A DNA stretch of 64,000 nucleotides from an uncultured candidatus Porisulfidus sp. Its GTDB lineage: Bacteria > Pseudomonadota > Gammaproteobacteria > Poriferisulfidales > Oxydemutatoraceae. The stretch covers positions 1,280,001-1,344,000 of the forward strand of contig OZ244052.1 in assembly GCA_965215125.1 (NCBI GenBank), read 5' to 3'. A program made the translations under genes and the position numbers. A model generated the notes under the pieces. The model did not search any database and was not told where the DNA came from. It saw only the letters and a list, made by a program, of their open reading frames with translations. Positions 59,690 to 64,000 of the stretch are shown here, piece by piece (position 1 is the first letter of the stretch; every line of letters starts with the position of its first letter).

Positions 59690-60283
59690 ATGCAAACTCT
59701 CATCGTTGCAAGTGCTAATTCTTACAAGCTCCGAGAATTAACGGCTATTTTATGGGAACTTGATGTGGCGTTGCAATCTCAATCCCAACTGGGGGTTACG
59801 CCCGTAGAAGAGAACGGCATGAGTTTTTTAGAGAATTCTTTAATAAAAGCCCGCCATGCCAGTAAGGCAACCGGTTTACCGGCATTGGCCGACGACTCGG
59901 GCTTAGTTGTAGATATTCTCGACGGTGCGCCGGGCATCTATTCTGCGCGCTACGCCGGTCGTAATGCAAGTGATGAGGACAATCTTAAACAACTGTTGGA
60001 ATCGCTATCCGTACACGAAGGCGAGCAATTTAGCGCGCATTTTCATTGTGCGGCGAGCTACGTACGTAGCCCGCAAGATCCTATTCCCATTGTTGCCGAG
60101 GCAAACTGGCACGGATGTATCATTGCCGAACCTAAGGGAAGCAATGGTTTTGGGTATGATCCGGTGTTCTATGTTCCCGAATTAAAAAGCACGGTTGCAG
60201 AGTTGTCGGAAGCGACTAAAAATAGGTTTAGCCACAGAGCAAAGGCCTTTAAGAAATTATGTACCAAAATGCAACGATTGTAA
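59690..60283 (+). CDS. rdgB: dITP/XTP pyrophosphatase
   Basis: LADDSGL, PGIYSARY, GFGYDP and SHR motifs. Confidence 0.97.
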   Translation: MQTLIVASANSYKLRELTAILWELDVALQSQSQLGVTPVEENGMSFLENSLIKARHASKATGLPALADDSGLVVDILDGAPGIYSARYAGRNASDEDNLKQLLESLSVHEGEQFSAHFHCAASYVRSPQDPIPIVAEANWHGCIIAEPKGSNGFGYDPVFYVPELKSTVAELSEATKNRFSHRAKAFKKLCTKMQRL

Positions 60284-61437
60284 GGCAAACAGCACAATAT
60301 CGTCTGCCGCCTTTATCGTTATACATACATTTACCTTGGTGCGTGTCCAAATGTCCTTATTGCGACTTTAATTCTCATACAACATCGAAGCCCCTTAACC
60401 AAAAGGGATATACCGATGCACTGATTGCCGACTTGGAATGTGATTTACCGTATGTGCAGAACCGCATTTTGAATAGTGTGTTCATAGGCGGTGGCACACC
60501 GACTTTGTTCGACGCCGACACGATAGCATGGTTGCTTCAGTGTATAAAAGCTCGTATTAATTTCGGGACACGATGTGAAATCACCATAGAAGCCAATCCG
60601 GAAAGTGCCGACTTGTTAAAGTTAAAAAAGCTAAGAAAGGCGGGGATCAATAGAATCTCAATTGGTATGCAAAGCCTGAATGACCGTTTGCTTGAACGCA
60701 TAGGGCGCGCCCATAATGCAGAACGCGCCTTGCATGCCTATGAAAATGCTCGTCTGGCAGGTTTTTCAAATATCAATTGCGATTTGATGTTCGGTTTGCC
60801 CGAGCAAACCGAAGAGCAGGCCATGTCCGATCTGACGCGCGTTATGGAACTTCAACCCGAGCATATTTCGTGGTACCAGATGACTATTGAACCGAATACG
60901 TTCTTTTATACCCATAGACCTCGACTGCCCGATGACGATAATATTTGGCAGTTGCAGTCGGCAGGGATACAACTACTTCAAGAGCATGGTTATAAGCGTT
61001 ATGAAGTATCGGCGTATAGCCGTTCAAGACCCTGTCAACATAACTTAAACTATTGGCAATTCGGTGATTATTTAGGCATTGGTGCAGGTGCCCACGGTAA
61101 GCTCACACTGGCAACCGAGAATAAAATTGTGCGCACCCGCAAACACAGATTGCCCGAGCGATATATGGAAAAAGCTATGGACGAGGGAAACTGCGTGGAG
61201 ACTCGCCGACTAAAAGCATCCGAGACCAGCTTTGAGTTTTTACTGAACGCATTAAGGCTAACCGACGGTTTCGCCAAGGAGCTATTTAGCCGAACCGGGC
61301 AGTCCGATACCATATTAGAGGAGAAACTTGCTCCTTTTATAGATAAAAGGTGGATTATATCCGACGAACGGTATCTAAAACCAAGTTCGTACGGCATACG
61401 ATTTTTGAATGAAATCCTAGAGTATTGCTTGCCCTAA
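60259..61437 (+). CDS. hemW: Radical SAM heme chaperone HemW
   Basis: LYIHLPWCVSKCPYCDFNS and HNLNYW motifs. rph-rdgB-hemW synteny. Confidence 0.95.
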   Translation: MYQNATIVRQTAQYRLPPLSLYIHLPWCVSKCPYCDFNSHTTSKPLNQKGYTDALIADLECDLPYVQNRILNSVFIGGGTPTLFDADTIAWLLQCIKARINFGTRCEITIEANPESADLLKLKKLRKAGINRISIGMQSLNDRLLERIGRAHNAERALHAYENARLAGFSNINCDLMFGLPEQTEEQAMSDLTRVMELQPEHISWYQMTIEPNTFFYTHRPRLPDDDNIWQLQSAGIQLLQEHGYKRYEVSAYSRSRPCQHNLNYWQFGDYLGIGAGAHGKLTLATENKIVRTRKHRLPERYMEKAMDEGNCVETRRLKASETSFEFLLNALRLTDGFAKELFSRTGQSDTILEEKLAPFIDKRWIISDERYLKPSSYGIRFLNEILEYCLP

Positions 61438-61449
61438 CGATAACGAGGC

Positions 61450-61660
61450 ATATTGTTTATACACAGATTGTTGAATTACCGAGGTGGATTATGGTATCTC
61501 TTAGAATATAACGATATATTTAAGGTTATAGAATTTATTATGGTAAAACAATAACTTAAATGATTTTCTGATAAGAGTAAAGTAATTGCTTAAGTAAAAC
61601 AATATATTTTATACAACTACCTGATAAGATTTCCACAGAGTTATCCACACCCTTATTCAA
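61450..61660. other. Candidate replication origin (oriC)
   Basis: DnaA boxes TTATACACA (61457), TTATCCACA (61641) and ATTTCCACA (61629) flank an AT-rich tract with an IHF-like site. Confidence 0.5.
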
Positions 61661-61726
61661 GGTAATATATTCGCCTTCTGCCACCCAATTACGCAAACCA
61701 CTCGGCGATATCGGATATCAAAAATA

Positions 61727-61751
61727 ATACTTGCGTAAAATACTAAAGTAT
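61727..61751 (+). promoter_or_regulatory. IscR type-1 binding site
   Basis: atacttgcgtaaaatactaaagtat, a 25-bp imperfect palindrome upstream of iscR. Confidence 0.7.
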
Positions 61752-61791
61752 TATATGATGTACCGCTTAAAGCTAAAAATGTGGAGGATTT

Positions 61792-62274
61792 ATGCGCTTA
61801 ACTAATAAAGGTCGCTATGCAGTGACGGCAATAGCCGATCTCGCTATTCACGGTAGCCGGATGCCGGTATCGTTGGCGGATATTTCAATCCGCCAAGATA
61901 TTCCTATATCTTATTTGGGACAATTATTCATGCCGTTGCGCGAGCGCGGTTTGGTGAAAAGCCAGCGTGGTCCTAACGGTGGTTATCGCTTGGCAAAAGA
62001 GAGTTCGGAGATTTCTATTGCCGATGTAATCAATGCGGTCGATGAAAAAATTAATACGGTGCGTTGCGGTGGCCGGACTAATTGTCAGAAGAACCAACAA
62101 TGTCTAACGCACACCTTATGGGAGGAAATGGAAAACCGAATAAAAGATTTGTTTGCGGAGATTTATATCTCCGATATCGTTTCAAACGATAAAGTGATGG
62201 AGATTTCCGCTAGACAAGATGCCTATCTAGCGAGGCAACAAGAGAATTTCTCGTTCAAAGTAGCGAGAGCATGA
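61792..62274 (+). CDS. iscR: Fe-S cluster regulator IscR
   Basis: [20 protein letters not shown] and C-x5-C-x5-CLTH motifs. Confidence 0.95.
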   Translation: MRLTNKGRYAVTAIADLAIHGSRMPVSLADISIRQDIPISYLGQLFMPLRERGLVKSQRGPNGGYRLAKESSEISIADVINAVDEKINTVRCGGRTNCQKNQQCLTHTLWEEMENRIKDLFAEIYISDIVSNDKVMEISARQDAYLARQQENFSFKVARA

Positions 62275-62290
62275 TTACAAGGAGAGTATT

Positions 62291-63514
62291 ATGAAAGATG
62301 TCAAATTACCTATTTATTTAGATTATAGTTCTACGACACCGGTTGACGAGCGCGTTGCGGAGAAAATGATGCAGTGTCTGACCCCGAGCGGAGCTTTCGG
62401 CAATCCGGCATCGCGTAGCCACACTTTCGGCTGGCAAGCGGAGAAAATGGTGGAACGCGCCCGAGAACAAGTAGCCGAAATGGTTAATGCAGACCCACGC
62501 GAGATCGTTTGGACTAGTGGTGCGACCGAGTCGGACAACCTTGCCATTAAAGGTGCTGCGCACTTCTATGTCAAAAAGGGAAAACACATCATCACCGTCA
62601 AGACCGAACATAAAGCGGTGCTGGATACCTGCAGACAGCTGGAGAAAGAAGGCTATGAACTGAGCTATCTAGACCCCAAACCCGACGGCTTGCTGGATTT
62701 AGACGAATTAGCGCATGCCATACGCAACGACACCATATTGATTTCGGTGATGCATGTCAACAACGAAATCGGTGTCATACAGGACATTCAAAAGATCGGC
62801 GAACTGGCGCGTGAAAAAGGCATTATTTTTCATGTGGATGCTGCGCAAAGTCCCGGCAAAGTACCTATAGACTTGCAATCCTTAAAGGTGGACTTGATGA
62901 GCTTTTCGGCACATAAGATATACGGTCCCAAAGGCATAGGTGCGCTGTATGTGCGGCGTAAGCCTAGAGTGCGGGTAGAGTCGCAAATGCACGGCGGCGG
63001 TCACGAACGCGGCATGCGTTCGGGCACTTTATCCACCCACCAAATAGTCGGCATGGGTGAAGCGTTTGACATCGCCCGGCAGGAGATGGACGACGAACGC
63101 GACCGCATTCTTTCTTTACGCCAGCGGCTGTGGGACGGCATCAAGACTATGGATGAAGTCTATTGCAACGGCGATATAGAACACCGTGTTGCCGGCAACT
63201 TGAATGTTAGTTTTAACTTCGTGGAAGGAGAATCATTGATTATGGCACTGAAAAACATTGCCGTATCTAGCGGTTCTGCTTGCACTTCGGCATCTTTAGA
63301 GCCGAGTTATGTGTTGCGTGCGTTAGGACGCAACGACGAGCTAGCTCATAGCTCGATTCGTTTCACGGTGGGTCGTTATACGACTGCCGATGAGATTGAC
63401 TATACGATAGAACTCGTTAGAAATTCTGTCGAAAAGTTACGCGAGCTTTCACCTTTATGGGAAATGCACCAAGACGGCATAGACCTAGACAAGGTGGAAT
63501 GGGCAGTACATTAA
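62291..63514 (+). CDS. iscS: Cysteine desulfurase IscS
   Basis: [10 protein letters not shown] and [14 protein letters not shown] motifs. Confidence 0.99.
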   Translation: MKDVKLPIYLDYSSTTPVDERVAEKMMQCLTPSGAFGNPASRSHTFGWQAEKMVERAREQVAEMVNADPREIVWTSGATESDNLAIKGAAHFYVKKGKHIITVKTEHKAVLDTCRQLEKEGYELSYLDPKPDGLLDLDELAHAIRNDTILISVMHVNNEIGVIQDIQKIGELAREKGIIFHVDAAQSPGKVPIDLQSLKVDLMSFSAHKIYGPKGIGALYVRRKPRVRVESQMHGGGHERGMRSGTLSTHQIVGMGEAFDIARQEMDDERDRILSLRQRLWDGIKTMDEVYCNGDIEHRVAGNLNVSFNFVEGESLIMALKNIAVSSGSACTSASLEPSYVLRALGRNDELAHSSIRFTVGRYTTADEIDYTIELVRNSVEKLRELSPLWEMHQDGIDLDKVEWAVH

Positions 63515-63535
63515 TTAAAGACGTGGAGGATTACA

Positions 63536-63922
63536 ATGTCTTATGGAGAAAAAGTCTTAGACCATTACGAGAACCCTCGCAATGTGGGTAGCTTGGATAA
63601 AAGCGACCCGCAAGTAGGCACGGGAATGGTCGGTGCGCCGGCTTGTGGCGATGTGATGAAGCTGCAAATCAAAGTCAACGACAAAGGCGTTATACAAGAT
63701 GCCAAGTTCAAGACTTATGGTTGCGGTTCGGCGATTGCATCGTCCAGTTTGCTAACCGAGAAAGTGATAGGCAAGACGCTTGATGAAGCACAGCAAATCA
63801 AGAATACCGAAATAGTCGAGGAACTATCGCTACCTCCGGTGAAGATACATTGCTCGGTTTTAGCCGAGGATGCAATCAAAGCGGCACTGAACGACTATCA
63901 TAGCAAAAAAGCCAAAGCCTAA
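63536..63922 (+). CDS. iscU: Fe-S scaffold IscU
   Basis: APACGD and LPPVKIHCS motifs. Confidence 0.99.
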   Translation: MSYGEKVLDHYENPRNVGSLDKSDPQVGTGMVGAPACGDVMKLQIKVNDKGVIQDAKFKTYGCGSAIASSSLLTEKVIGKTLDEAQQIKNTEIVEELSLPPVKIHCSVLAEDAIKAALNDYHSKKAKA

Positions 63923-63928
63923 GGCTTG

Positions 63929-64000
63929 ATGTCTATTACGCTGACCACTGCGGCGAAAAGCCACATAGGGCGTTTTTTACAAAAGCGCGGCAAAGGATTG
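63929..64000 (+). CDS. iscA: IscA, N-terminal part (runs off the window edge)
   Basis: MSITLTTAAKSHIGRFLQKRGKGL, following iscU. Confidence 0.85.
   Translation, partial: MSITLTTAAKSHIGRFLQKRGKGL

Overview
Gammaproteobacterial chromosome segment, probably from a host-associated or symbiotic organism (inference from the non-flagellar T3SS genes, the giant surface proteins and the many pseudogenes and IS remnants). The backbone comprises an lpxL-like gene, a truncated hemoglobin, T3SS sctQRSTU, tlpA-dsbD-cutA, fxsA, groESL, T2SS gspF-N, an Mrp/Mnh antiporter cluster, ppc, panD, tRNA-fMet, lipAB, pilWXE, ispB, rph-rdgB-hemW and iscRSUA. The main accessory features are as follows. (1) Two copies of a tnpB-only element lack IS200/IS605 ends and are instead bounded by 24-bp terminal inverted repeats. 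The complete copy has an 8-bp target duplication, and the ends resemble those of a neighbouring IS1595-derived element. One TIR appears to form part of the predicted omega-RNA hairpin. This is the best candidate for an undescribed system. (2) An IS1595-derived transporter element carries a restriction-modification (R-M) system. (3) A duplicated two-gene surface-protein unit lies between fxsA and groES, with one gene lost from each copy. It encodes a 3057-aa GLUG/Ig-repeat protein ending in KVFLEGPLQ and a CLCA-like metalloprotease-vWA protein with a GlyGly-CTERM tail. (4) An MboII-like R-M island is bounded by perfect 80-bp direct repeats and reduced to one orphan methyltransferase. (5) Other candidates are an oriC between hemW and iscR, structured RNAs upstream of ppc and upstream of a 25-aa peptide, and two REP-like repeat families. 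All calls come from reading the sequence by eye; no searches were run.
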